Positions 10,400 to 19,761 are shown, counted from the first letter of the stretch. The stretch: 64,000 bases of DNA from an uncultured Trueperaceae bacterium (GCA_963815215.1 CAWFFU010000003.1:128001-192000); one strand, 5' to 3'. The notes: a model not told the origin generated them from the letters alone. A program made the numbers and translations.

Positions 10400-11389
10400 T
10401 CATCCCGTCTCCTGGGCGCGTCGCGTCACCAGGTAGCCACCGAGCAGCGGGCCGAGCAGGAAGATCGAGTAGAAGGTCACCAACCGCCACAGCAGCACCA
10501 CACCCGGGACCGACGTACCGCCCCCCCGAGCGATCAGCACGTAGGAGATGCCCAGCTCGAAGAAGCCGCTTCCTCCCGGCGTGGGGACGAAGGTCGACAT
10601 CACCACGACCACCATCTGGGCCGCTTCGATGACGGGGAGCGACACCATCACTCCCAGCCCCCGTGCGAGGAAGAACAGGATCGAGAAGAAGCTGATCCAG
10701 GAGGCGGCCGTGACGGCCTGCAGCGCGAGGTAGAAGCCGAGCGGCGCGTTCTTGAACAGCCGATTCGACTCCAACATCGTCTCTACGAACCGCAGCCCCT
10801 GCCTGCGCCAGCGGATCAGAGGGCCGCGCAGGATCCAGCGTGCGATCGGCTCCAGCCAGGCCAGGCGGAACTGCACCAGGTAGGCGACCGCCGCTGACAG
10901 AACCACGGTGAGCGCTCCCAACGCCAGCCAGGCGGCTCCCTGCGGGTACAGGCCGAGCGCGTAGAGCATCCCCAGCGCGATGGGCAGGCCCCAGGTGTGG
11001 AACAGCGCGTCGGCGCCGAACACGGCCACGCCCACCGCCCACGCGACCCCCGGTGGCAGCTTCTGGCCCTGCAGGGCCAGAGCCAGGGCGGGCGTCGAGC
11101 CGCTGCCGCCGGGCGTCACGGTGGCGCTGAACATGCCGAGGATGTGGGCGCGAAGGGCGTGGAACAGCGGCAGCCGGTAACCGAGCCGCCGGCACATGTA
11201 GATGAGGCGCACGGCGGCCATGGTGAACGCGCCCAGCAGACCTCCGAGGGCCGCCAGCGCGTACGTCCACGGGAGCTGCCGGATGATGGTCAGGTCCTGC
11301 ACCTTGCCGACGCGGAAGACGACCCAGGCGAGCCCCAACGCGCTGAGCACCATCGACACGATGAGCGAGCGCAGGACGGTCCTGTTCAA
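10400..11389 (-). CDS. Lysylphosphatidylglycerol synthase TM / UPF0104 flippase-like membrane protein
   Basis: Multi-TM; VTPGGSG, FVPTPGGSGFFE and LLWRLVTFY motifs; TTG start overlaps upstream TGA, preceded by GGAGG. Confidence 0.85.
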   Translation of the reverse strand: MNRTVLRSLIVSMVLSALGLAWVVFRVGKVQDLTIIRQLPWTYALAALGGLLGAFTMAAVRLIYMCRRLGYRLPLFHALRAHILGMFSATVTPGGSGSTPALALALQGQKLPPGVAWAVGVAVFGADALFHTWGLPIALGMLYALGLYPQGAAWLALGALTVVLSAAVAYLVQFRLAWLEPIARWILRGPLIRWRRQGLRFVETMLESNRLFKNAPLGFYLALQAVTAASWISFFSILFFLARGLGVMVSLPVIEAAQMVVVVMSTFVPTPGGSGFFELGISYVLIARGGGTSVPGVVLLWRLVTFYSIFLLGPLLGGYLVTRRAQETG

Positions 11390-12561
11390 GGAGCCTCCGT
11401 CAAGTCCGCCAGGTGCGCAGCGATGGCGAGCGTCCCGGGCCGGAACCCCAAGGCTGCGACGCGCTCCTGCCAGGTGCGAAGCGGCGCACGGTCCTCGCAC
11501 AGGGGCGCGAGCAGCGCCACGACGTCGCGCGGCCGGGGCACATAGCCGCCGATGCCGTGCTGCGTGCAGTAGTCGAGGTTGCGCTTCTCGTTCGGAGCCA
11601 CGTAGCTGGTGTGGAAGATAGGCCGTCCCAGGGCCAACGCCTCGAAGGTGGAGGCCGCGCCCGCTTTGCCGATCACCAGATCACTGGCTGCGATCCACTC
11701 GGGCATGTTGGTGGCGAAGCCCACGACCTGCAGGCGGGTCCGCCCGCCGGCCGCGGCGTGGGCGTCGGCCAGTTGCTGCAGGCGCGCTCGGAGCTGCTCG
11801 TTGCGGCCCGTCACGACCACGTACTGCAGGTCGAGATCGGCCGCGAGCACGGCGCCGGCGATGCCCTCGACGTTGCCTCCGATGCCCTCGCCTCCCGGCG
11901 TGTGGAGCACGGTGAGACGGCCGGCGTCGAGGCCGAGGCTACGGCGCGCGGCCGCGAGGGTGGGGACCTCGTCCACGAACGCCAGGCCGAGCGGGTAGCC
12001 GAAGATCCGCAGGCGCTCCGCGGGCACGCCCTTGGCGTTCAGCAGCGCGCGCGCTTCATCGCTGGCCACCACGATCTCGTCGACGTCCCGGACCGCCCAC
12101 AGGGCGTGGCCGTCGAACGGATCGGTATCGATGCCCACCAGCGTGGCATCGAACTCACCCCGACGCCGGGCCATGGCGGCCGCGAGGAGCGGCATGAAGT
12201 GCACGCCCACCACCAGATCGTAGCCCTGAGCGCGAACGAAGGCGGCCAGCCTCCGGCTGAAGCCCTTCAGCATCCATGCCTGGACCGCCTGCGTCCAGGT
12301 CACCGGGATCACGCGGTCGAGAAGGTTCTGGAGCACGAAGGTGACGCGCGGATGGGCGAGCATCCACTTCCAGCTCTGCTTGTGGCGACGATCCAACGCT
12401 TGCTCGCCGAGATGGTGCATGATGTCGAGCACGTCGATGTCGAAGCGGTCCGGCCAGCTCCGTTGGAGGGCCGCCTGCAGAGCCATGGCCGGGGCGCGGT
12501 GTCCGCCGCCGGCTTCGATCATGGCGATGAGGATGTGCGGGCGCCCGCCGCCGGGGGTCAT
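11386..12561 (-). CDS. MGDG synthase / UgtP-like glycolipid glycosyltransferase (GT28)
   Basis: EAGGGHRAPA, GGEGIG, VTGRN, KAGAASTFEA, NEKRN motifs. Confidence 0.88.
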   Translation of the reverse strand: MTPGGGRPHILIAMIEAGGGHRAPAMALQAALQRSWPDRFDIDVLDIMHHLGEQALDRRHKQSWKWMLAHPRVTFVLQNLLDRVIPVTWTQAVQAWMLKGFSRRLAAFVRAQGYDLVVGVHFMPLLAAAMARRRGEFDATLVGIDTDPFDGHALWAVRDVDEIVVASDEARALLNAKGVPAERLRIFGYPLGLAFVDEVPTLAAARRSLGLDAGRLTVLHTPGGEGIGGNVEGIAGAVLAADLDLQYVVVTGRNEQLRARLQQLADAHAAAGGRTRLQVVGFATNMPEWIAASDLVIGKAGAASTFEALALGRPIFHTSYVAPNEKRNLDYCTQHGIGGYVPRPRDVVALLAPLCEDRAPLRTWQERVAALGFRPGTLAIAAHLADLTEAP

Positions 12562-12586
12562 GGCGTCGTCTCCGGTTTCTTGCCCG

Positions 12587-13687
12587 TCACACGTCCGGCA
12601 GCGTCTCGAAGGTCTTGAGCGCCTGAGCGACCACCTGGTCCATGTTGTAGTAGCGGTACGTGCCGAGGCGGCCGGCGAAGGTGACATGCTCGAGCTCGGC
12701 GGCCATGGCGCGGTACGCCTCGTAGAGCGCCCGGTTCTCGGGTCTGGGAACCGGATAGTAGGGGTCGCCTTCGGCCCGCGGGTGCTCGTACACGAGCACC
12801 GACTTGGCGTGACGCTGGCCTGTCAGGTGCTTCATCTCGGTGCGCCGCGTGTACGCGTAGTCGTTCGGGTAGTTGGTGGTGCCGGTCTCCTGCACCTGCT
12901 CCTGGTCGTGGGTGACGAACTCGAACTCCAACGAGCGGTAGGGCAGGGGACCGAGCTCGTGTTGGAAGTAGCCGTCGATGGGTCCGGTGTAGATCAGGTG
13001 CTTGTGAGGGACGAGGTCGGCCACCTCGCGGTAATCGGTATTGAGCATGACCTTGATGTTGGGGTGCCGCAGCATGCGGCGGAACATCGCCGTGTAGCCG
13101 TGCAGCGGCATGGCCTGGTAGGTGTCCGTGAAGTAGCGATCGTCGCGATTGGTGCGTACCGGCACCCGGGCGGTCACGGAGGCGTCGAGCTCCTTGGGCT
13201 CGAGTCCCCACTGCTTCTTGGTGTAACCGCGGAAGAACTTCTCGAACAGCTCCTGGCCGACCCGGGCCACCACCACGTCCTCGGACGTCACGATGCGCTC
13301 GCGCTTGATCGCCCGGGCCGCGAAGAACGCCTCCACCTCGGGAGCCGACAGGTCGAGGTTGTACAGCGTGTTGATGGTGTCGAGGTTGATGGGGATGGGC
13401 ACCAGCTGGCCGTCGACCAGGGCTCGCACGCGGTGCTGATAGGGGCGCCAGGCGGTGAAGCCGGACAGGTAATCGAAGACGCTCTTGGCGTTGGTATGGA
13501 AGATGTGCGGCCCGTAGCGGTGGACCAGCACGCCGTCGTCGTCGTGCTCGTCGTAGGCGTTGCCCGCGATGTGATCGCGGCGGTCCACCACCAGCACGCG
13601 GCCGCCACGCTGGGTGGCGATCCGTTCGGCGAGGACGGCTCCCGAGAAGCCAGCGCCCACGATGAGGAAGTCGAATCCCTCGCTCAT
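12587..13687 (-). CDS. glf: UDP-galactopyranose mutase
   Basis: IVGAGFSG FAD motif, HIAGNAYD, YGPHIFHT, GYTKKQWG, PYYP, GRLGTYRYYNMDQ. Confidence 0.96.
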   Translation of the reverse strand: MSEGFDFLIVGAGFSGAVLAERIATQRGGRVLVVDRRDHIAGNAYDEHDDDGVLVHRYGPHIFHTNAKSVFDYLSGFTAWRPYQHRVRALVDGQLVPIPINLDTINTLYNLDLSAPEVEAFFAARAIKRERIVTSEDVVVARVGQELFEKFFRGYTKKQWGLEPKELDASVTARVPVRTNRDDRYFTDTYQAMPLHGYTAMFRRMLRHPNIKVMLNTDYREVADLVPHKHLIYTGPIDGYFQHELGPLPYRSLEFEFVTHDQEQVQETGTTNYPNDYAYTRRTEMKHLTGQRHAKSVLVYEHPRAEGDPYYPVPRPENRALYEAYRAMAAELEHVTFAGRLGTYRYYNMDQVVAQALKTFETLPDV

Positions 13688-13695
13688 GTCGCGCC

Positions 13696-13704
13696 ACCAT
13701 ACCA
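13696..13704 (-). promoter_or_regulatory. Extended -10 (TGgTATGGT) 8 nt upstream of glf ATG
   Basis: Sequence match only; no SD between box and ATG. Confidence 0.45.
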
Positions 13705-13741
13705 TCGCTGCCGACGCGTCCGCGGGGTGTGGTGGGGGCAG

Positions 13742-14728
13742 CTAGGTGGGGGTCAACGCGCCGACCGAGCGTCGCAACCCCTCGCGCCAGGACACCACCG
13801 GACGGTAGCCGAGCTCCTCCACCGCATGCCGGATGCTGAAGTGCACGTCCCGCGTCATCAGGCCGGCACGGTAGCGGGTCATGGGGGGCTCGTTGCGGGG
13901 GAAGAGGGCGCCCCAGGTCGCCTCGACACCACGCGCCAGAGCCTTGGTGGGGGTGCCCGGGAGGCGCAGCCGCGGCGGTCGCTCGCCCAACAGCCGCGCC
14001 AGTTCGGAGAGCAACTCGCGCCAGCTCGGCATGCCGTCGTCGGCGATGACGTAGGTCCGGTGGGCGGCCTCGGGCCGTTCCAACGCAAGCCGTACCCCGA
14101 GCGCGAAGTTCTCGGCATAGGCGGTGTTGATGACGCTGTCGCCGCTTCCCACCATCGGCAGCAGGCCCTGCTCGAGGGCGCGCACGACGCGGCGGAGGTT
14201 CGGGTCGCGGGAGCCGAACGGCCACAGCCCGGGACGCACGATCACACCTTCGATCCCACCGACCCCGCGGACCAGGTCCTCGGCCATGATCTTGGAGTGC
14301 GCATACGGCTCGCGGACGTTGTCGCGAGGGACCTCGCGCGGGTCAGCGTCGCGGAAGCCGCTGTAGCGATGGACGGCGACGCTCGAGATGAGCACGAATC
14401 GGCTCACGCCGACGTGTACGGCTTCCTTCAGGAGCTGCTCCGTGCCCACCACGTTGGTCCGGTAGAAGGCGTCCCACGGTCCCCAGTCGGCAACGCGCGC
14501 CGCCGCGTGCACCACGGCATCGATGCCGTCGCAGGTGCCGACGAGGGCGCCCTCTCGACTGAGGTCGGCGCGCTCGATCTGCAGGCTCCGCTCGTCGAGC
14601 ACGGCGCCAAGGTTGGCGATCGTCCCCCAGGGCGACACCAGGGCGCGCACCTGATGGCCGGCGGCCAGCAGGTGTTCGCTGATGTGGCTCCCTAGGAAGC
14701 CATGGGCACCGGTAACCAGAACGTTCAT
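13742..14728 (-). CDS. Extended SDR NAD(P)-dependent epimerase/dehydratase; candidate ceramide (3-keto) reductase
   Basis: TGAHGFLG, HAAA, ISSVAV, YAHSK catalytic motif; reductase role inferred from context only. Confidence 0.8.
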   Translation of the reverse strand: MNVLVTGAHGFLGSHISEHLLAAGHQVRALVSPWGTIANLGAVLDERSLQIERADLSREGALVGTCDGIDAVVHAAARVADWGPWDAFYRTNVVGTEQLLKEAVHVGVSRFVLISSVAVHRYSGFRDADPREVPRDNVREPYAHSKIMAEDLVRGVGGIEGVIVRPGLWPFGSRDPNLRRVVRALEQGLLPMVGSGDSVINTAYAENFALGVRLALERPEAAHRTYVIADDGMPSWRELLSELARLLGERPPRLRLPGTPTKALARGVEATWGALFPRNEPPMTRYRAGLMTRDVHFSIRHAVEELGYRPVVSWREGLRRSVGALTPT

Positions 14729-14803
14729 GTCAGCCGCCGCAGCCCAAGCCTACCAGGAAGGGGGTCCGGGCGGTCCTTCCGGGCGCGTCGGCCGGCCACG
14801 ACG

Positions 14804-15538
14804 TCAACCGTGGAACAGCAGGCCCTGGTGGTAGAGAACGAACACATCGGTGGACAGGCCGATGACCAGGTGGATGATGGTGGAGTACAGCACCGACCGG
14901 CTTCGCAGCGCCAGCACACCGAACAGCAGACTGGCGGGCAGGGCGGCCAGCAGTTCGGTCATGGGCTTGCCGAGATGGATGAGCGTGGCCGCCAGCGACT
15001 GCACCCAGATGGCTTGCGGCGCGCCCCAGGCGTCAGCGACGATGCGCTGCAGGAAGCCGCGGTAGAAGAACTCGAAGGCCACGTAGTACAGGCCGTAGAT
15101 CACGGCCCACAGCCCGATGTTGGCGAGGCTTCGACCTACCCACGCGCCAGCCCACGGGTAGGTCGCCTCGAGCCCTTTGTCGAAGCTGCCCAGGTACATC
15201 AGCGGGATGACGATCACGGCGCCGCCGAGCGCCGCCGAGAGGCCGAAGCGCACGTCGCCCAGGCGGAGCCCCACGTGCTTGAGGTCGATCCCCACCACAG
15301 CCAGCAGCAACGCGGGCAGCGCCAGCAGGAACACCAGCGACCACGCCACCGTGGTGACCCCCGTCAGCAGGGTGCGCGGTTGGAACTGCATCAGCGCAGG
15401 CCCGGGACTGGCGACGTACCAGAAGCCGGCCTGCAGGAGCACGGCGGCCGTCAGCAGGAACCACAGCCGCGCGTGCTTCCGGTCGAAGAGCTGCGCCAGG
15501 TCGGCGAACACCACACCGACCGAACGCAGCGGGTTCAC
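14804..15538 (-). CDS. CPBP (CAAX/Abi) family intramembrane protease-like protein
   Basis: Multi-TM; FEFFYRG, HLGKPMTE, IIH motifs; GTG 15538 overlaps upstream TGA. Confidence 0.78.
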   Translation of the reverse strand: MNPLRSVGVVFADLAQLFDRKHARLWFLLTAAVLLQAGFWYVASPGPALMQFQPRTLLTGVTTVAWSLVFLLALPALLLAVVGIDLKHVGLRLGDVRFGLSAALGGAVIVIPLMYLGSFDKGLEATYPWAGAWVGRSLANIGLWAVIYGLYYVAFEFFYRGFLQRIVADAWGAPQAIWVQSLAATLIHLGKPMTELLAALPASLLFGVLALRSRSVLYSTIIHLVIGLSTDVFVLYHQGLLFHG

Positions 15539-16644
15539 AGCGCCTTCTGGTACATGCGGTAGGTCTTGTAGAGCTCGGCGCCCGCCGCCTCGATCCCGCG
15601 GTTCATGGCGTCGTTGTCCTCCAGCACCCAGCTGCACTCGCCGCCGGTGTAGCCGATGGCGCGACCGCGCCTGGCCGTCTCGGCGATCATCAGCAGCTCG
15701 AAGCCCTTGTGGCGGTATTCGGGCAGCACCCCGAGGATGGCCAAGCGCCCCTGAGTGATGATCTTCTTGCGGTTGAGCAGGTGGAAGATCCCGAAGGGGA
15801 TGAGCCGGCCGTTGAACTTGGCGAGGACCTGGTTGAGGTCGGGGATGGTGATCGACAGCCCGACGGTCTCGCCCTTGTACTCCAGGAACAGCGCCAGCTC
15901 GGGCTCCATGATCATCTTGAGGTCGTTGGCCAGATAGTCGAACTCGGCGTCGGTGCCGCGCACCTGCCCCCAGTTCTCCTCCCACGCCACGGTGTAGAGG
16001 TGCTTGAGCAGGCCGACCTCGCGCTTGAACTGCTTCATGTCGGCGGGTCGCACGGTGACGTCGTAGCGTTTGCGGATGCGGTCGGCCATCCGCTCCAAGT
16101 GCTCGGTGGCGCCGTGGCGGATGTCGATCTTCCAGGCGTAGAGGTCCTTGACCTTCTGGTAGCCGGCGGCCTCCGCGAAGCCCAGGTAGTCCGCCGGATT
16201 CTGCAGCATCATGATGAACGGTCTGGTTTCGAAGGCGTCGATCTGGAAGCCCGCGCCGTCGTCCATGGTGGGGTTCGCGGGACCGCGGACGGTGTCCCTA
16301 CCGAGGGCCCGCGCCTCGGCCTCGACGGCCCCGTAGAGTGCCGAGGCGACCTCGGCGTCCTCGGCCTCGAAGAAGCCGAAGAACACCAGGTTGTCGCCGA
16401 ACTGTTCGTTGTGGGCGTCATTGTCGATACAGGCGACGCGACCGACGATGCGTCCGTCGCGTTCGGCTAGGTAGGGGGTGATCCGACCGTGCTGGAAGAA
16501 GGGGTTCTTCTTCGGATTCAGTTTGTCGAACTCCCCCATGCGGAGCGGAGGGACGAAGGTCGGATCACCCCGGTACTTGTCGTAGACATAATCAATGAAG
16601 CGACCCAGGTCGCGTTTCGTCGCGACCTTCTTGATCTCGACCAT
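15535..16644 (-). CDS. YghO-like GNAT acyltransferase; candidate bacterial ceramide synthase (bCerS)
   Basis: FVPPL..NPFFQHG, GRVA, FGFFE, RGPANP, GVLPEYRHKG, ECSWVLEDN..MN, YKTYRMY; directly downstream of spt. Confidence 0.75.
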   Translation of the reverse strand: MVEIKKVATKRDLGRFIDYVYDKYRGDPTFVPPLRMGEFDKLNPKKNPFFQHGRITPYLAERDGRIVGRVACIDNDAHNEQFGDNLVFFGFFEAEDAEVASALYGAVEAEARALGRDTVRGPANPTMDDGAGFQIDAFETRPFIMMLQNPADYLGFAEAAGYQKVKDLYAWKIDIRHGATEHLERMADRIRKRYDVTVRPADMKQFKREVGLLKHLYTVAWEENWGQVRGTDAEFDYLANDLKMIMEPELALFLEYKGETVGLSITIPDLNQVLAKFNGRLIPFGIFHLLNRKKIITQGRLAILGVLPEYRHKGFELLMIAETARRGRAIGYTGGECSWVLEDNDAMNRGIEAAGAELYKTYRMYQKAL

Positions 16645-16668
16645 GGCTGATCACCCCTTTTTCGGCTG

Positions 16669-17925
16669 TCAGATTACACCAAGCCCCTTGCCCACCGTCT
16701 CGAATGCGGTGAGCAGGAGGTCGAGCTCCTCGGCGCTGTGGTTCGCATTGACGCTGGTGCGGATGATCGAGTGCCCGGGAGCGACGCCGGGCGGGAGCGC
16801 GGGGGTGGTGAACACGCCCGCGTCCCACAGCCCCTTCCAGAAGGCCAGCGCACGGTCGTCCTCACCCACCAGCACGGGCACGATCGGCGTCTCGGAGCCG
16901 AGCGTGTCGAACCCCAGGCGCTGCATGCCGGTGCGGAAACGCTTGACGTTCTTCCACAGTTGCACGCGGTGCTCGGGCTCGGTCTCCATGATGTCGAGCG
17001 CGGCCAGTGCGGCTGCCATCTGCATGGCGGGCAGCGCGGCGGTGAAGATGAACGGGCGCGCGTGGTGCTTGACGAACTGCACCACCTTGCGGTCGCCGGC
17101 CATGAAGCCGCCCACGCTGGCGAACGACTTCGAGAAGGTTCCGATGATGACGTCGACCTCGTCCTCGAGACCGAAATGCTCGCCGGTGCCGCGGCCGCTG
17201 TCGCCCAGAACGCCGCTGGCGTGGGCGTCGTCGATCAGCAGACGCGCGCCGTAGCGGCGCTTCACATCGACCAGGCCCGGCAGGTCCACGATGTGACCGC
17301 TCATGGAGAAGACGCCGTCGGACACGATGATGCGCCCGCCCGGCTTGTCCGCGTCCGCGGCGAGCAGGCGCTCGAGGTGCTCGAGGTCGTTGTGGTCGTA
17401 CTTCCGCAACGTCGCGTACGAGAGCCGCGCGGCGTCGTACAGCGACGCGTGGTTCTCACGGTCGTAGTACAGGATGTCGTGCCGCCCTGCGAGGGCGCTC
17501 ACCACCGACAGGCAGCCCAGGTAGCCGGCGCTGAAGGTGAGGGCTGCCTCCTTGTTGAGGAAGCTCGCGAGGCGTTGCTCGAGCGTCTCATGGAGCGTCA
17601 GGGTGCCGGTCAGGAAACGCGAGCCGGTGCAGCTCGTGCCGAAGTCGTCGAGGGCGTCGCGGGCGGCGCTCTTGAGCCGTTCGTCCTGCGTGAGGCCCAG
17701 GTAGTCGTTCGAACCGGTGATCACCATCTCCCGGCCGTTGGCGCGGACGGTGCCGCCATGCTGGGCGGCGATGGGCTTGAAGTAGGGGTGCAGGCCCGCC
17801 GATTCGGCCAGTTCGGCTCGATTGAACGCGAAGGCCTTGGTGAAGGCGTCTCGAGCACGCGCCGAGCGCTGCGCGGCGTCGTCCTCGATGACCGGGTTCT
17901 GGCGGGTGTCAACGACCTCAGACAA
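16669..17925 (-). CDS. spt: PLP-dependent alpha-oxoamine synthase; probable serine palmitoyltransferase
   Basis: GLHPYF N-terminal motif, GSNDYLGL, GTSCTGSRFLTG, NHAS, DDAH, GTFSKSFASVGG PLP-lysine motif; TTG 17925 follows GGAGG. Confidence 0.8.
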   Translation of the reverse strand: MSEVVDTRQNPVIEDDAAQRSARARDAFTKAFAFNRAELAESAGLHPYFKPIAAQHGGTVRANGREMVITGSNDYLGLTQDERLKSAARDALDDFGTSCTGSRFLTGTLTLHETLEQRLASFLNKEAALTFSAGYLGCLSVVSALAGRHDILYYDRENHASLYDAARLSYATLRKYDHNDLEHLERLLAADADKPGGRIIVSDGVFSMSGHIVDLPGLVDVKRRYGARLLIDDAHASGVLGDSGRGTGEHFGLEDEVDVIIGTFSKSFASVGGFMAGDRKVVQFVKHHARPFIFTAALPAMQMAAALAALDIMETEPEHRVQLWKNVKRFRTGMQRLGFDTLGSETPIVPVLVGEDDRALAFWKGLWDAGVFTTPALPPGVAPGHSIIRTSVNANHSAEELDLLLTAFETVGKGLGVI

Positions 17926-17960
17926 GACTTCCTCCAACGCGGCTACAAGCCAATTAGGGC

Positions 17961-17969
17961 ACTATAGCA
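17961..17969 (-). promoter_or_regulatory. Extended -10 (TGcTATAGT) for spt operon
   Basis: Near-consensus match in an AT-richer intergenic patch upstream of spt. Confidence 0.55.
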
Positions 17970-18243
17970 CGCACCCGTCGGAGTCCAGCACGGGCGCGGC
18001 GGGTCGTCACACCCTACGCAAATGGACTCGAATGCGCAAGCGAGATCCGCGTCATGGCCCCGGCTCGGGCCTCGAGCGGGGGACGCCCAGAGGGCTCCCG
18101 GGTCCGGGGCCCGGGCGGATCGGCCCGCGCCCCGGCTGTGTGGGCTTGTGACCCAGTCGTCTGCGCGCGTCACGACGGGCGCGTTATACTTGCGCCGTGG
18201 CCGTCACAACCTACGTGCCGTGCATGCTTGGAGTGCCGGAAGG

Positions 18244-18780
18244 ATGAGCGCATTGAATCTGACGTCGCCCGGTGCCCTGACGCGTCCCGCCGATGCCTCG
18301 GACGCCACCTTGGTCCACCGCCTCTACGAGAAGACCCCTGGCTATTTCGACGTGATCTCCATCCCTGTCCCGACCCTGGCCGAGGTCAGGACGGACCTCG
18401 AAACCGCGGTCCGGGACGCCCGCAGGCACACCGAGCTGGTGCTCCTGCCGCCCGCTGAGCGGGCGCCGCGCGACGCGGAGCTGACGGACCCGGTGAGCGG
18501 TCGTCAGGTCGTCGGCTACCTCGATTACAAGGTCGACTACCCGGACACCGGGGACGCCACCGTCAACCTGCTCCTCATCGAGGGCGATCTGCAAGGACGC
18601 GGCATCGGCGGCCACTGCGTGCGGGATCTCGAGGGGCGCCTTCGCGGCCGCGTGCGCCGCGTGCTCGCCAGCATCTACGGGCAGAACCCACGTGCCCGCC
18701 GCTTCTGGGAGAGGCTGGGGTACGCCTTCGCGATCGATGCGAAGCCCGTGCTCGACTGGTACGCCAAGCAGCTCGTCTGA
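18244..18780 (+). CDS. GNAT family N-acetyltransferase
   Basis: LLLIEGDLQGRGIG motif A, NPRARRFWERLGY motif B; upstream TATACT and GGAAGG. Confidence 0.85.
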   Translation: MSALNLTSPGALTRPADASDATLVHRLYEKTPGYFDVISIPVPTLAEVRTDLETAVRDARRHTELVLLPPAERAPRDAELTDPVSGRQVVGYLDYKVDYPDTGDATVNLLLIEGDLQGRGIGGHCVRDLEGRLRGRVRRVLASIYGQNPRARRFWERLGYAFAIDAKPVLDWYAKQLV

Positions 18781-18858
18781 CCCCTGTCCGGTCGCGCCGG
18801 ACCGCCCTCGAGGCCGGCCGGGCATGCCGTGCGAGGGGAGCGGTGTATCCTTTCCGTC

Positions 18859-19761
18859 ATGAAGCATGTCGTGAGTGTCTCGCTCGGTTCCGCCACGCGT
18901 GACACCGACCAGACCGTGACCATCCTCGGGGAGCAGGTCCACCTTGAGCGGCGGGGGACGCAGGGAGATTTCGACGCCGCCCGCGCTCTCATCGGCGAGC
19001 TCGACGGCCGGGTCGACGCCATCGGGCTCGGCGGCATCGACCTGTTCTTGCCGGTGGGCGCCAGGCGCTACTACTTCCGCGACGCCCGCAGCCTCGCTGC
19101 GGCGGCCACGCGGACGCCCGTGGTGTGCGGCGCCGGGCTGAAGAACAGCCTGGAGCGGGCGATGGTAAGGGCGCTCGCCGGCCGGTTGTCATGGCAGGGT
19201 CGGAAGGTGTTGATGGTCTCGGCGCTCGACCGCTTCGGTATGGCCGAGGAGCTGGTGGCGCACGGTGCCCATGTGCTGTTCGGCGACTTCATCTTCTCGC
19301 TGGGGTTGCCCATCCCCCTGTACCGCCTGGGCACGCTGCACGCCCTGGCCACGGTTCTGTTGCCGGTGTTCGTCAGGTTGCCGTTCAAGTGGCTCTACCC
19401 GGTGGGCGCGAGCCAGGAGACCGAGGCGACCACCGAGCGTTTCGAACGCTACTATCGCTGGGCCGACGTGGTGGCCGGCGATTGGCACTACATCCGGCGT
19501 TACGCGCCCGCCGACCTTCATGGCAAGACGGTGCTCACCAACACCACCACCGAGGCGGACGTGGCCTTCCTGAAGGCGCGCGGCGTGCGCACGTTGATCA
19601 CCACCACGCCGCGCTTCGACGGCCGCAGCGTGGGAACGAACCTGTTGGAGGCCGCGTTCGTCGCCATCGACGGGGGCACGGGCGAGCTCTCCGCCGAACG
19701 CTACCGTGCGATGATCGAGGCCGCGGAGCTCGAGCCGTCCGTGCTCGAGCTCGCGTCCTGA
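18859..19761 (+). CDS. Conserved uncharacterised protein (family often auto-annotated quinate 5-dehydrogenase)
   Basis: MKHVVSVSLGS, AIGLGGID, GAGLKNSLER, LYP, GDWHYI, TPRFDGRSVGTN recognised from memory; function unknown. Confidence 0.6.
   Translation: MKHVVSVSLGSATRDTDQTVTILGEQVHLERRGTQGDFDAARALIGELDGRVDAIGLGGIDLFLPVGARRYYFRDARSLAAAATRTPVVCGAGLKNSLERAMVRALAGRLSWQGRKVLMVSALDRFGMAEELVAHGAHVLFGDFIFSLGLPIPLYRLGTLHALATVLLPVFVRLPFKWLYPVGASQETEATTERFERYYRWADVVAGDWHYIRRYAPADLHGKTVLTNTTTEADVAFLKARGVRTLITTTPRFDGRSVGTNLLEAAFVAIDGGTGELSAERYRAMIEAAELEPSVLELAS

Noticed and set aside
12341..14695. 784-aa plus-strand ORF, and similar long ORFs at 20252-22240, 31022-32887, 35215-36987, 49163-51334 and 52967-54613
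   Set aside because: Antisense shadows of well-supported genes; expected in high-GC DNA and lacking family motifs
16669..17925. Annotation as bioF or kbl
   Set aside because: No biotin or threonine dehydrogenase genes nearby; motifs and the adjacent YghO-like GNAT favour SPT, though a phylogeny is needed
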